Positions 1 through 8,884 of a stretch of 64,000 bases of DNA are shown piece after piece. The DNA is from an uncultured Verrucomicrobiae bacterium (GTDB taxonomy: Bacteria > Verrucomicrobiota > Verrucomicrobiia > Chthoniobacterales > JAFAMB01): positions 480,001-544,000 of the forward strand of contig CAVXLD010000007.1 in NCBI GenBank assembly GCA_963762565.1. The letters are read 5' to 3'. Under the pieces are notes generated by a model that saw nothing but the letters and a program-made list of their open reading frames with translations, searched no databases and was not told the DNA's origin. Each line of letters starts with the position of its first letter. The stretch's first letter is position 1. Both the position numbers and the translations under genes were made by a program.

Positions 1-270
1 TGCATCGAAACGAAATCCCTTAAGTTCTATCTCGCCTCTTATCGCAACACCCGCAGCTTTAACGAAGAAATCGTTAATCGTATTTTGGACGATATAGTAG
101 CGGCTTCTGGTCCTCAGGAAGCATTGGTGTACGGAGAGTTCGCCGCCCGCGGCGGAATCAGCCTTTCTGTAGAGGCGCAGTATGCAGCGGCTGACAACGG
201 TCAGGAAATGACTGGAGTCGGGCGTGAAAAAAACCGACGAGGACGAGGACGAGAACGAAGCCCGCTATGA
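1..270 (+). CDS. queF: 7-cyano-7-deazaguanine (preQ0) reductase, 5'-truncated by window edge
   Basis: Frame 1 reads CIETKSLKFYLASYRNTRSFNEEIVNRILDDIVAA...GEFAARGGI, the QueF signature (ExKSLKxYL, F/HE, RGGI); directly upstream of queC. Confidence 0.9.
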   Translation, partial: CIETKSLKFYLASYRNTRSFNEEIVNRILDDIVAASGPQEALVYGEFAARGGISLSVEAQYAAADNGQEMTGVGREKNRRGRGRERSPL

Positions 271-1166
271 GCGTCGTGGTTCTTCTTAGTGGTGGGATGG
301 ATTCTGTGGCCGCATTTTACGATGCGATGTCGCGCCACGAGGTCGTCGCTGCGATTAGTTTTGATTACGGAGCGAAACATAACCACAAAGAGATCCCATT
401 TGCTGCCGATCATTGCCGTAAGTTCAAGGTTGGGCACCAGGTAATCTCGTTGGATTTCGTGAGCGATTTGTTCAAGTCAGACCTGTTGAAGTCTGGTGGC
501 TCCATACCGGATGGCCACTACGAAGAGCAGACCATGAAAAGCACCGTGGTCCCTTTCCGGAATGGTATCATGCTGTCGATCGCTGCCGGGTTTGCCGAAA
601 GCAAAGGGGCAGCCGGACTAGTGATCGCGGCACACGCCGGCGATCACGCGATTTATCCGGATTGCCGGGAGGAGTTCATGAAATCAATGGCAGATGCGAT
701 TCGCCTCGGCACTTACGCCGGCATCACCTTGTTGCGGCCGTTCATTTCCATGACAAAAGCAGACATCGCCAGGCGGGGCCATGCTCTTGGTGTTGATTTC
801 GCTCAGACGTGGTCCTGCTATAAAGGCGGTGCACTTCATTGCGGCGCCTGTGGCACCTGTGTAGAACGCCGAGAAGCCTTTATCATAGCGGGTATTCCCG
901 ATCCTACGAAGATATGCAGCGAAGGAACCCATTCCGCCAAGACCCAGCGTGGTCCGATAGACCTTCGTAATCGTTCTCGTGCTCGTCCTCGTCCTCGACG
1001 AATCAACCCAGCGTTCCTTCGCCGATTTGGTTTGGATCCTGACGGGGATCGAGCGAGAATAACTCTGGGCAGAAAATACCCAATCGAGGACGAGGACGAC
1101 GACGAGGACGAGTACGATGAGGCGGGACGGGAGCGGCACCTACCAGCGCTGGCAAAGCCGTGCTAG
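267..1166 (+). CDS. queC: 7-cyano-7-deazaguanine synthase; natural end probably at 960 (apparent 1-nt insertion near 909)
   Basis: LSGGMDS ATP-binding loop, VPFRN, YPDCR, WSCY..CGxCGTC Zn motifs; tail after DPT reads through a GACGAG repeat. Confidence 0.93.
   Translation: MSVVVLLSGGMDSVAAFYDAMSRHEVVAAISFDYGAKHNHKEIPFAADHCRKFKVGHQVISLDFVSDLFKSDLLKSGGSIPDGHYEEQTMKSTVVPFRNGIMLSIAAGFAESKGAAGLVIAAHAGDHAIYPDCREEFMKSMADAIRLGTYAGITLLRPFISMTKADIARRGHALGVDFAQTWSCYKGGALHCGACGTCVERREAFIIAGIPDPTKICSEGTHSAKTQRGPIDLRNRSRARPRPRRINPAFLRRFGLDPDGDRARITLGRKYPIEDEDDDEDEYDEAGRERHLPALAKPC
965..1117. repeat. Inverted element built of (GACGAG/GACGAC)n hexamer arms
   Basis: tcgttctcgtgctcgtcctcgtcctcga (965-998) vs tcgaggacgaggacgacgacgaggacgagtacga (1084-1117); sister copy at 3411-3568. 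Confidence 0.8.
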
Positions 1167-1180
1167 GTTCCTTGCTCGCG

Positions 1181-1873
1181 ATGTTCGTTTCCGAAATCTT
1201 CTACTCTATCCAGGGCGAAGGTGAACTAACGGGCGTTCCTTCCGTTTTCGTCCGCACGTCCGGCTGCAATCTGCGATGTAGCTGGTGCGACACCAAGTAT
1301 GCCTCCTGGACGCCGGAGGGTGAAGAAATGGATATCGAAGACATTGCGGCCAAGGTCGAGGAACTCGCCTGCCGGCACGTCGTGGTGACCGGAGGAGAAC
1401 CGATGATAGCAAAAGGAATTCATCAATTGGCGACGCGGCTAAAGGAACTGGGAAAACATATTACCATCGAAACGGCCGCTACGATTTTACCGGAGGGGAT
1501 CCCGTGCGATCTGGCTTCCTTAAGTCCCAAGCTCAGCAACTCAGCCCCGGATACGGCATTGGCAGGCGGTTGGCGAGACCGGCACGAAAAACGCCGGCTT
1601 CAGCCTGAGGTGATTCGGGACTGGATTAACAACTACAATTACCAACTCAAGTTTGTTGTCGCGTCGGGAAACGACCTGGAAGAGATTCAAGATCTCCTAG
1701 CCGGAGTTGGCGCCCCAATCACTCCCGCCAAAGTCTTGCTAATGCCCGAGGGCACCGATGCAGAGACCATCCGCAAACGCAGTTTAACCCTGATCGCTAT
1801 CTGCAAACAGTATGGTTACAGATACTGCGACCGGTTGCATATTCGCCTGTTTGGAAATACCAAAGGAACGTGA
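1181..1873 (+). CDS. queE: 7-carboxy-7-deazaguanine synthase (radical SAM)
   Basis: EIFYSIQGEG, CNLRCSWCDT (CxxxCxxC), TGGEP, SLSPK motifs; que operon context. Confidence 0.93.
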   Translation: MFVSEIFYSIQGEGELTGVPSVFVRTSGCNLRCSWCDTKYASWTPEGEEMDIEDIAAKVEELACRHVVVTGGEPMIAKGIHQLATRLKELGKHITIETAATILPEGIPCDLASLSPKLSNSAPDTALAGGWRDRHEKRRLQPEVIRDWINNYNYQLKFVVASGNDLEEIQDLLAGVGAPITPAKVLLMPEGTDAETIRKRSLTLIAICKQYGYRYCDRLHIRLFGNTKGT

Positions 1874-1880
1874 TTGGGGG

Positions 1881-2017
1881 GAGGAGTTCAGGAGTTCAGC
1901 CTGGGGTGAACCACAAATTTCAAGCAAAAATTCGCCTATGACTGTAGTATGGAATTGACCAGTTACTGTCGCTTGCGGCCTCCTGAACTCCTGCAACTCC
2001 TGAACTTCTGAACTCCT
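1881..2017. repeat. Inverted element with (CAGGAGTT)n octamer arms
   Basis: gaggagttcaggagttcag ... ctcctgaactcctgcaactcctgaacttctgaactcct; same unit at 2767-2803 and 58131-58260. Confidence 0.75.
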
Positions 2018-2029
2018 TTGTTTTCCGCC

Positions 2030-2494
2030 ATGCCCTTTCGAATTTGTAAGAGCTTCGAGATTGAGAGCGGTCACATGCTCAGTAAGCATCCGGACAAATG
2101 TGCTTTTCCGCATGGTCATACCCGGCGGGTTGAATTTGTACTGGAAGCCGATGAGCTAGATCAGAATGAGATGGTTTGCGACTTCAAGATCGTTAAAGAA
2201 CTGGTCTCTGATTTCCTGGACCGGCTTGATCATTCGATGTGCATGAACACTGACGATCGGAGATATGCGGAATTCAAAGCTTACTATGGAGAACGCCTGA
2301 TCGGTTTTAAGGGAGCTGACCCTACGACCGAGGTAATTGCTAAGCGGCTCTTTGACCACTGCCAAGAAAAATTAGCTGAGTACGCTGGCACTCCCAAAGA
2401 GACTTATCCGCTGCGCCGGAGCGTCCGGATCATCAAGGTCAGGGTATGGGAGACCAGCAGTTCGTGGTCGGAGTACGGAGAAGGTGAAAGGTGA
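2030..2494 (+). CDS. queD: 6-carboxytetrahydropterin synthase
   Basis: GH..., CAFPHGH, DF..VK, LDH, PTTE, VWET motifs of the PTPS/QueD family. Confidence 0.9.
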   Translation: MPFRICKSFEIESGHMLSKHPDKCAFPHGHTRRVEFVLEADELDQNEMVCDFKIVKELVSDFLDRLDHSMCMNTDDRRYAEFKAYYGERLIGFKGADPTTEVIAKRLFDHCQEKLAEYAGTPKETYPLRRSVRIIKVRVWETSSSWSEYGEGER

Positions 2495-2519
2495 AAGGTG
2501 AAAGGTGAAAGGTGAAAAG
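2479..2519 (+). repeat. (GAAAGGT)n heptamer tandem repeat overlapping queD stop
   Basis: gaaggtgaaaggtgaaaggtgaaaggtgaaaggtgaaaag; related run at ~17985-18015. Confidence 0.85.
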
Positions 2520-2811
2520 AGCCCAGGGACCGGTAGGGCGAAAACCCGACTTCGCAAGGCCTACGTCGCGGCCAAGCTCTCTGGTAGGCTGAGACCTAAA
2601 GAGAGGGCGCGCCAAAGCGTAGCGACGGCGGCCTCGGCGCGCCGCTGGCTAGCCATCTTCCTTGAAGCCGATCGCGCCGGATTTGAGCCGCTCCGTGGGG
2701 TTATTTCTTCCAGCGATATGCCCGACCCAGCGCTTCCTGGCTCTTGGATTCTGACTCCTGGCTCCTCTCCTGAACTCCTCGAACTCCTGAACTCCTGAAC
2801 TCCTTCCCCCC

Positions 2812-3396
2812 ATGCCCACCGATTCAAGAAAACGTTGTTCCTGGCCCACCACCCCTGATCCTCTTTACCTCGAGTATCACGATGTTGAATGGGGTACACC
2901 ATCGTTCGATGATCGACATCTTTACGAGATGCTAGTCCTCGAAAGCATGCAGAGCGGGCTGAGCTGGATCACGATCCTCAAAAAGCGAGAATCGTTCCGG
3001 GAAGCATTTAAGAATTTCGAGATCGAAGCCGTGGCGAAGTTCAATGAAAAGAAGGTTGAGCAACTCTTGGCTGACCCAGGCATTATCCGGAATCGGGCAA
3101 AGATCGTAGCGGCGATCGCAAACGCCAAAGCAGCAGCCAAAGTCATCAAGGAGAAAGGCTCATTGTCGGATTTCCTATGGGAAACCGTCGGGGGCAAAGC
3201 CAGGCAGAACCAATGGAAATCGGGTGGTGATATTCCCGCTCAGAGCGAACAATCGCAGGAACTGGCCAAGCGATTGAAAGCACATGGGTTCAAGTTTCTT
3301 GGCCCGACCACCTGCTACGCGTTTATGCAAGCCGTGGGGATGGTAAACGATCATCTGGTGACTTGTTTCCGGCATCGCGAGGTAGCGTCGAAATAG
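2812..3396 (+). CDS. tag: DNA-3-methyladenine glycosylase I
   Basis: RCxW, YHDxEWG, LESxQSGLSWITIL, IIRNRAKI, FKFLGPT, QAVGMVNDH..C motifs. Confidence 0.95.
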   Translation: MPTDSRKRCSWPTTPDPLYLEYHDVEWGTPSFDDRHLYEMLVLESMQSGLSWITILKKRESFREAFKNFEIEAVAKFNEKKVEQLLADPGIIRNRAKIVAAIANAKAAAKVIKEKGSLSDFLWETVGGKARQNQWKSGGDIPAQSEQSQELAKRLKAHGFKFLGPTTCYAFMQAVGMVNDHLVTCFRHREVASK

Positions 3397-3410
3397 GCCC
3401 GGACCGGGCA

Positions 3411-3568
3411 TCATCGTTCTCGTTCTCGTCGTCGTCCTCGAAGGGACGCTTTCGCAAGCCTCCAGGGCCTCAATCGCGAGCGGGCGCCTTGGTTAGGTCT
3501 CAACCTGTATCGGCAGCAGCACCAACAATCGAGGACGAGGACGACGACGAGAACGATTACGATTACGA
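3411..3568. repeat. Second (GACGAG)n inverted element
   Basis: tcgttctcgttctcgtcgtcgtcctcga ... tcgaggacgaggacgacgacgagaacgattacga. Confidence 0.8.
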
Positions 3569-3662
3569 GCGCCCGAAGAGAACGAATGTGAGGCTACGAA
3601 CAAAACTCGAGTATGCGTGGCTCCTATGCGCATCCCCATATCTGAAGTCCACCACCCAACAT

Positions 3663-3860
3663 ATGGGCAGAACTCAGCGTCGTTTACTTAGAAAGACCGA
3701 GAGCAGCGGAATCGATTCGAGTCTTGATGCCCGTTTACGGCTATTAGCCGTAGGACAACTCGATCGCAAGAGCCAGGACCAATTGTTTATTGAGCTAGCG
3801 AAGAACCCGGGATTAGTAAACCGCCTGGCCGAACATTTGCGAGCCTTGTCTCCCTTGTGA
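3663..3860 (+). CDS. Small hypothetical protein (65 aa)
   Basis: ATG at 3663, non-repetitive amphipathic sequence MGRTQRRLLRK...LRALSPL; upstream part of the 3363 ORF is repeat-derived. Confidence 0.45.
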   Translation: MGRTQRRLLRKTESSGIDSSLDARLRLLAVGQLDRKSQDQLFIELAKNPGLVNRLAEHLRALSPL

Positions 3861-4020
3861 TGTGTTCAGCCCCGTGGACGCGCCATTGAAGAAACGGCGA
3901 ATGGGCGAAACGGCGCCCGAAGTGGGGCAATGAGGGGCTAGGTGTCATGATTTTGAATGGTTGTACCAACATCGGGCAACACGGATCCCGCTATCGCGTA
4001 ACATCCTCACAACCGAACCG

Positions 4021-4113
4021 TCGGGCGCCACTTTCAGGGCGCCTTCCCGCCGCGATCGACCCAGGGCTAAAGCCCTGGGCTATGGTCTTAAGCCGCTTCG
4101 CGGCAAAATCCGA
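4021..4113. repeat. REP-like palindromic element (half copy), related to 46661-46950
   Basis: ctttcagggcg, cccagggctaaagccctggg hairpin and tail agccgcttcgcggcaaaatccga shared with the 46.9-kb copy. Confidence 0.65.
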
Positions 4114-4244
4114 CAGACTCCTACGGCGAGTCCCTGGCGAGCCAGATTGGAACCGAGCTACAGAAGCAGTGGAACATTAGCCCGCCGCAAAACTGCGCCG
4201 GTTGTCACCGATGAACAACGCCGAGAACGGAATCCTGGCAGAAA

Positions 4245-4302
4245 CGCGGAACGCCGAACGCCGAACGCCGAACGCCGAACGCCAAACGCCAAACGGCGAA
4301 CG
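4245..4302 (+). repeat. (GAACGCC)n heptamer tandem repeat
   Basis: gaacgccgaacgccgaacgccgaacgccgaacgccaaacgcc; same unit at 22710-22750 (inverted) and 22935-22960. Confidence 0.85.
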
Positions 4303-5598
4303 TTACATTCCCTCTAGTTCGCGCACGTAGTTCAACGCTGAAACGATTGTGGGAGATTTCGGATTCGAGTCCGCTAACTTAGTCAATTCAGTGTCGGCTT
4401 CGGCGAATAGCCCCGCTCGAGCTAGAAGGAACGATTTTAGGAGGTGCGAAGACTGTGCCGCTTCCGAAGCCAGCGATTGGAGGTCGCTCTCCGAAATGAT
4501 CTTGAATCGTCCGGTTACCGATTTCCCTGGTATGCTTCCTCCAGTAGGGGGCTCAGTGACGTCCCAAACATAAAATCTTCCTGGCCGAAGAGGACCAGGA
4601 ATTGCGAAACTATGTTTGTCTCCGGATAGCTGCGTTTCGAGGACCGTTTCGTTTGTTGCGCAGTCGCGCACTGTGAGAGTTTGATTCTTGGACGCGTCCG
4701 AGCCCGCTGACCAGCTCAATACGGGAATCGTGTCTCGTATAACAATCCCATTTGGCTGAACATCCGGGTCTGGCGTCGCTCGAGGTAGGGCGACGACGGC
4801 GCCGAAAATCTTTCGACTGAAGAAGTACTCACCGCTAGGGAGTTTGGTCTCGGATGGAGCGCGAGTCGTTACCGCCGGCGTCTCGGATAGACCCCGCATC
4901 AGATCCGGTGCCTGTAATTGAGCGTGAGCAAGTTCGAGGATTGAGGTGGCAAGCACAGTAACTGCCTCCCTGGAGAGTGTCGCTGACAGTGGCATCAGTT
5001 GGCCGTCGGCTGACACGTTGAAAGTTAGGGAACCATCTTGGATAGAGTCCATCGCGAGTTGGCTCGGGGCAGGCGATCGGTAAAATAAACCTGTCGAAAC
5101 TACGCCCGTGATGATGACCAAAGCGGCCGCTACCGCTCCCGCAAGAACCAAGGGATTGGCGAACCACTCAGTGACTCGATCGCGGATCGCCTGAAGGTTC
5201 GGTGACTGGTATCGATTGTGCCCCCGGCGTTGCAAAAGCTCAGGCGCATAATTTCGGGAAGGCAATTCTTGGAGCTCGCTCCTGAAGTCCGCCAGATCTG
5301 CGATAGTCTCCCGGCAAAGGGCGCATTTTATCAAATGATCCTCGACGGAACCTTTTTGCAGCGGCATGAGATCGTTGTCTGCGTAGGCGGCAAGTACATC
5401 GTCCGATGGATGCTGCTCGCTGGGCGCAACCGGCAATATCTGGTCTTCCACCGAACCCGCTTTTTCCGATCTAAGCGCAACAAGATCGTTCCGGCACGAG
5501 TCGCAACCTCGAACATGTTCGACCGCGGCAATAGTGTCGGCTGGCGATAGTGACCGCGCCAGCAACCCTCGCCGCAATTGTTCAGTGAGATGAGCCAT
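4303..5598 (-). CDS. Anti-sigma-like membrane protein: 2x zf-HC2, TM, DUF928-like C-terminal domain (paralogue 1)
   Basis: HVRGCDSC and HLIKCALC (HxxxCxxC) motifs, hydrophobic LVLAGAVAAALVIITGVV segment, PVLSW...LRPGRFYVW...ARAGLFAEA C-terminus. Confidence 0.75.
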   Translation of the reverse strand: MAHLTEQLRRGLLARSLSPADTIAAVEHVRGCDSCRNDLVALRSEKAGSVEDQILPVAPSEQHPSDDVLAAYADNDLMPLQKGSVEDHLIKCALCRETIADLADFRSELQELPSRNYAPELLQRRGHNRYQSPNLQAIRDRVTEWFANPLVLAGAVAAALVIITGVVSTGLFYRSPAPSQLAMDSIQDGSLTFNVSADGQLMPLSATLSREAVTVLATSILELAHAQLQAPDLMRGLSETPAVTTRAPSETKLPSGEYFFSRKIFGAVVALPRATPDPDVQPNGIVIRDTIPVLSWSAGSDASKNQTLTVRDCATNETVLETQLSGDKHSFAIPGPLRPGRFYVWDVTEPPTGGSIPGKSVTGRFKIISESDLQSLASEAAQSSHLLKSFLLARAGLFAEADTELTKLADSNPKSPTIVSALNYVRELEGM

Positions 5599-5628
5599 TA
5601 TTCACCAAATTCTGCATTGGTAACCGCA

Positions 5629-8600
5629 ATGCGTCCTTTTGTTACAGATGCAGATGCAGAAACGGTTGCCATATTGCCAATATCTTCAATATCTGGCACA
5701 AACTCATCTATAAAGATTTCGCTCCTAGTCCTTCTTATTTGTCTCGTCGGCCTTTCCTGCGACGCCGATTCACAAACTCAAAATAGTCCAGCGAGCAGAG
5801 ATGGAGCTGATCTTGAGGCCCAACTCGCCAAAGCGAAAGAGGCCGGGCAACGAGGGGATTATGTCGAAGCAGAGCGCCTGGCCCAGCAAGCTTTGGGGTT
5901 CGCCCGGACCAAAGCGGATCCGGATGCGTTAATTGCAGCTTTGCACGAGTCGGGGCAGGCCGCGCTAGGCCTGGGACAGTTCGAAAGCGCTCGGAAGGAC
6001 TTTGACGAGGAATTGGAGGTCAATCGCCGGAACCAGAGCGCCAACCCTATTGGGGAAGCGACGGCTCTCGACGACCTTGCCGAACTTTCGAACGCGACCT
6101 GGGACTACGAAGAGGCACTCAAAACCCTCGGAAAAAGCCAAGCTCTTTGCGATCAAAAGAGCGGTGACGGGCGCGTCTTAAATGCGCGGATCCTACAGGA
6201 CCGGGGTGAAGCCGAGATTGGAATTGGCGAATTCGAGAAGGCCGAAGAACCGATCCAAGCCGCTCTCAAGACGTTCACGAGTGAAGGAGCCCAGCGCGAG
6301 ACACTGACTACCCAGGACGAGCTGGCACGGTCGGAGCTGCTTGTGCGAAAGATGGTGGACGCAAAGGCTCTTTTCACCTCTGTTCTCGAGCAGAGGAAAG
6401 CTCTCCTGGGAGAAAAACACCCAGATACCGCAGAAAGCCAGGCATCGCTCGGTTATTATCATTATGTCGAAGGCGACTACGCGGCCGCTGAGCCGTTATT
6501 TCTGAGCGCGATGGAGACTCTGAGGACGGGTCTCGGCCCCGAGAGCCCGCTGTTCCTTTTGGTTGCTAACTACGAAGCGATGTTGAAAATCCGCACGGGG
6601 CAGTTTGCGGAGGCTCAGCAGATTCTCCAAAAAATATTGGACGCCCGGTTGAAGGTATATGGCGAAGACAGCGCCGCGACGGCCGAGACCCTCAACAATT
6701 TGGCTGCCACTTACTGGAAACAAAATAACCTGGAGAAAACTGCCGATTTACTCCGACAGAGCCTGGCTATCACCGAGAAGAAATCAGGAGAAAGCCTCGA
6801 TACTGCGGATACAGCCAACAACCTGGGCCGAGTGCTGGAAAAGCTGAAGAAATACGATGAGGCGGAGAAGTCATTTATTCGCAGTTTAAGTATCCGGCGG
6901 GCGATTCTGCCTGCCGGACATCCGGATACAGACACTTCGGAGTTCACTCTCGCCAGGCTTTACGACGAAGAAGGGAAGTTCGACCAAGCTGAGCCCTTAT
7001 GGACGCAGGGCATCAGCGCAATGAGCGAGCGTCTCGGAACGCTCCATCGAGACCTGATCTTTGGTTATCAAGAGGCCGCGCTGAATCGACTGGAGCTAGG
7101 TCACCGCGATCAGGCGATAGAGCTCATCCGAAAATATGAGCGGGCAAGCGAAGCCCTGCTGGCCAACATTCTGATATTCACCACAGAAGAAGAACGCCTC
7201 GAGTTTACCCGGACCCAGGATCCGTTCTCGCTGCTAGCCACCGCCGATCTGGGCGAGGACCTGGCGAACGCAGTGCTCCGTTGGAAAGGGATCGTCCTCG
7301 ATTCATTGTTGGAAGATAAATTGGTCGCTTCCCAAGAAGGAGATCCGGCCATTAAAGAATTGGCGGCGGAACTCAAAGCTCAATATAGCGCCTTGAATAA
7401 GGTCCCTCGAGGGATCATCGACAGTTCAGGTAACCCACAAACTGCTGCGGCGAACTCGATTGGCGCAAAAATCGACGAGCTACAAAAACAGCTGGCCCTC
7501 AAGGTGAACGGATATGGCTCTGTCCATCGGGCGCTCAAAGTCACCTACCAGGATGTGCAGGCCGCGCTTACTGACCACACGACGCTGGTGGAATTCCTTC
7601 GTTGCAAAACGTATCAGGGGAAAGGCTCTTGGCTGGACGAATATGGGGCTCTGATTATCGTTCAACATGGCGCTCCGAAATGGATTAATCTCGGGGATGC
7701 TGCCGCAATTGATGCCGCGATCCTTCAGTTTCGAAATGCTATTAGCGGAGATCCTAGCAAATTGTATCCGATTTGCCGCCAGCTGTATGACCGGTTAGTC
7801 GGACCTATCCTTGCTCAGCTTCCGTCTGACTACGACCGATTGATTGTTAGTCCGGACGGCCAATTAAATTTCCTGCCGCTTGCAGTTCTGCTGACGCCGA
7901 ACGGCAAGTTTCTAGGTCAGGGTTACACCATCGGTTATGTGGCCAGCGGTCGTGACCTCCTGCGATCAGCGACGCCCCAGTCAGGCGCTAAGGCAATCAA
8001 GATCTTTGCGAACCCGGACTTTGATCCTGCGGCTCCGACGAAGTTAGCGGAAAAGCGTGGTGACGGAACGCCAAATGAAATCTCCCGTGGGCTTGCGCAA
8101 TCTCTTTCCGCGAGTCTGACGCTTGGGACCTTGCCAGGCACAACCACCGAAGCAGACCTAATCCGGCGTGCCGCTGAGAAAAATGGAATCACCGATGTTC
8201 AGATTCTTCAAGGGGACGAAGCGACCAAAACCGCGTTGTTTGACATAAATTCGCCTTGGGTTCTTCATTTGGCAACGCATGCGCTGGTGTTATCGGAAGC
8301 GCAACTTGCGACCGAGAATCCGATGCATCGCTGCGCCCTGGCTTTTACCGGCGCGCAACGGACTCTGCGCGATTGGGCACACGGTGAGTTTCCTGCCCCG
8401 GAAAACGATGGAATCGTCTTGGCTGATGAAGTCGCGCGTATTCCGTTGACAGGCACCTGGCTAGTGACTTTATCCGCTTGCCAGACCGGTATGGGTGAAG
8501 CGGATGTCGGTGAAGGAGTCCTCGGACTCCGCCGTGGATTCACCATGGCAGGTGCTGAAAATCTTTTGCTGACTCTCTGGCAGATTCCGGATTCCGATAC

Positions 8601-8775
8601 GGCCGAATTTATGTCCTCATTTTATCGGGCTGCGTTTGCCAAACATGACGCCCTGGCCGCACTGACCGAAACCCAGCGCGAAGCTTTGGTCCGTATCAGG
8701 CAAGAGGAAAGTCTCGGCGCCGCCATTCAAAAAGCGGGGCCGTTTGTGCTGACGGTGCAAGCGGGATTGAAATGA
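5629..8775 (+). CDS. TPR-repeat CHAT-domain (caspase-like) protease, probably exported; start codon uncertain
   Basis: Many TPR repeats (HPDTAESQASLG, TAETLNNLA), IVSPDGQLNFLP, LHLATHA (His), VTLSACQTG (Cys), GVLGLRRGF; N-terminal hydrophobic stretch. Confidence 0.9.
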   Translation: MRPFVTDADAETVAILPISSISGTNSSIKISLLVLLICLVGLSCDADSQTQNSPASRDGADLEAQLAKAKEAGQRGDYVEAERLAQQALGFARTKADPDALIAALHESGQAALGLGQFESARKDFDEELEVNRRNQSANPIGEATALDDLAELSNATWDYEEALKTLGKSQALCDQKSGDGRVLNARILQDRGEAEIGIGEFEKAEEPIQAALKTFTSEGAQRETLTTQDELARSELLVRKMVDAKALFTSVLEQRKALLGEKHPDTAESQASLGYYHYVEGDYAAAEPLFLSAMETLRTGLGPESPLFLLVANYEAMLKIRTGQFAEAQQILQKILDARLKVYGEDSAATAETLNNLAATYWKQNNLEKTADLLRQSLAITEKKSGESLDTADTANNLGRVLEKLKKYDEAEKSFIRSLSIRRAILPAGHPDTDTSEFTLARLYDEEGKFDQAEPLWTQGISAMSERLGTLHRDLIFGYQEAALNRLELGHRDQAIELIRKYERASEALLANILIFTTEEERLEFTRTQDPFSLLATADLGEDLANAVLRWKGIVLDSLLEDKLVASQEGDPAIKELAAELKAQYSALNKVPRGIIDSSGNPQTAAANSIGAKIDELQKQLALKVNGYGSVHRALKVTYQDVQAALTDHTTLVEFLRCKTYQGKGSWLDEYGALIIVQHGAPKWINLGDAAAIDAAILQFRNAISGDPSKLYPICRQLYDRLVGPILAQLPSDYDRLIVSPDGQLNFLPLAVLLTPNGKFLGQGYTIGYVASGRDLLRSATPQSGAKAIKIFANPDFDPAAPTKLAEKRGDGTPNEISRGLAQSLSASLTLGTLPGTTTEADLIRRAAEKNGITDVQILQGDEATKTALFDINSPWVLHLATHALVLSEAQLATENPMHRCALAFTGAQRTLRDWAHGEFPAPENDGIVLADEVARIPLTGTWLVTLSACQTGMGEADVGEGVLGLRRGFTMAGAENLLLTLWQIPDSDTAEFMSSFYRAAFAKHDALAALTETQREALVRIRQEESLGAAIQKAGPFVLTVQAGLK

Positions 8776-8884
8776 AAACGAAAAATGTAACCGATGGTGA
8801 GTCCGCGAGTCAGAGGTCGCTTACATGGTCGGTCCGCCCCAAGCAATGTTGCCGACTTCGTGGGCCCACTCTCTTAACTGATCG

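Noticed and set aside
1..2494. 7-deazaguanine DNA-modification (dpd) island
   Set aside because: No dpdA/tgt paralogue visible; presence of queF fits ordinary tRNA queuosine synthesis (upstream context is outside the window)
3363..4317. ORFs with SFSFSSSSS, EDEDDDE, RRTPNAE repeats (also 684-1139, 2505-2902, 12765-13301)
   Set aside because: Translations of intergenic repeat elements or shadows, not credible proteins
5578..5628. Head-to-head coding overlap of CHAT-1 and anti-sigma-1
   Set aside because: The TTG at 5578 leaves no promoter space; a later start is more plausible
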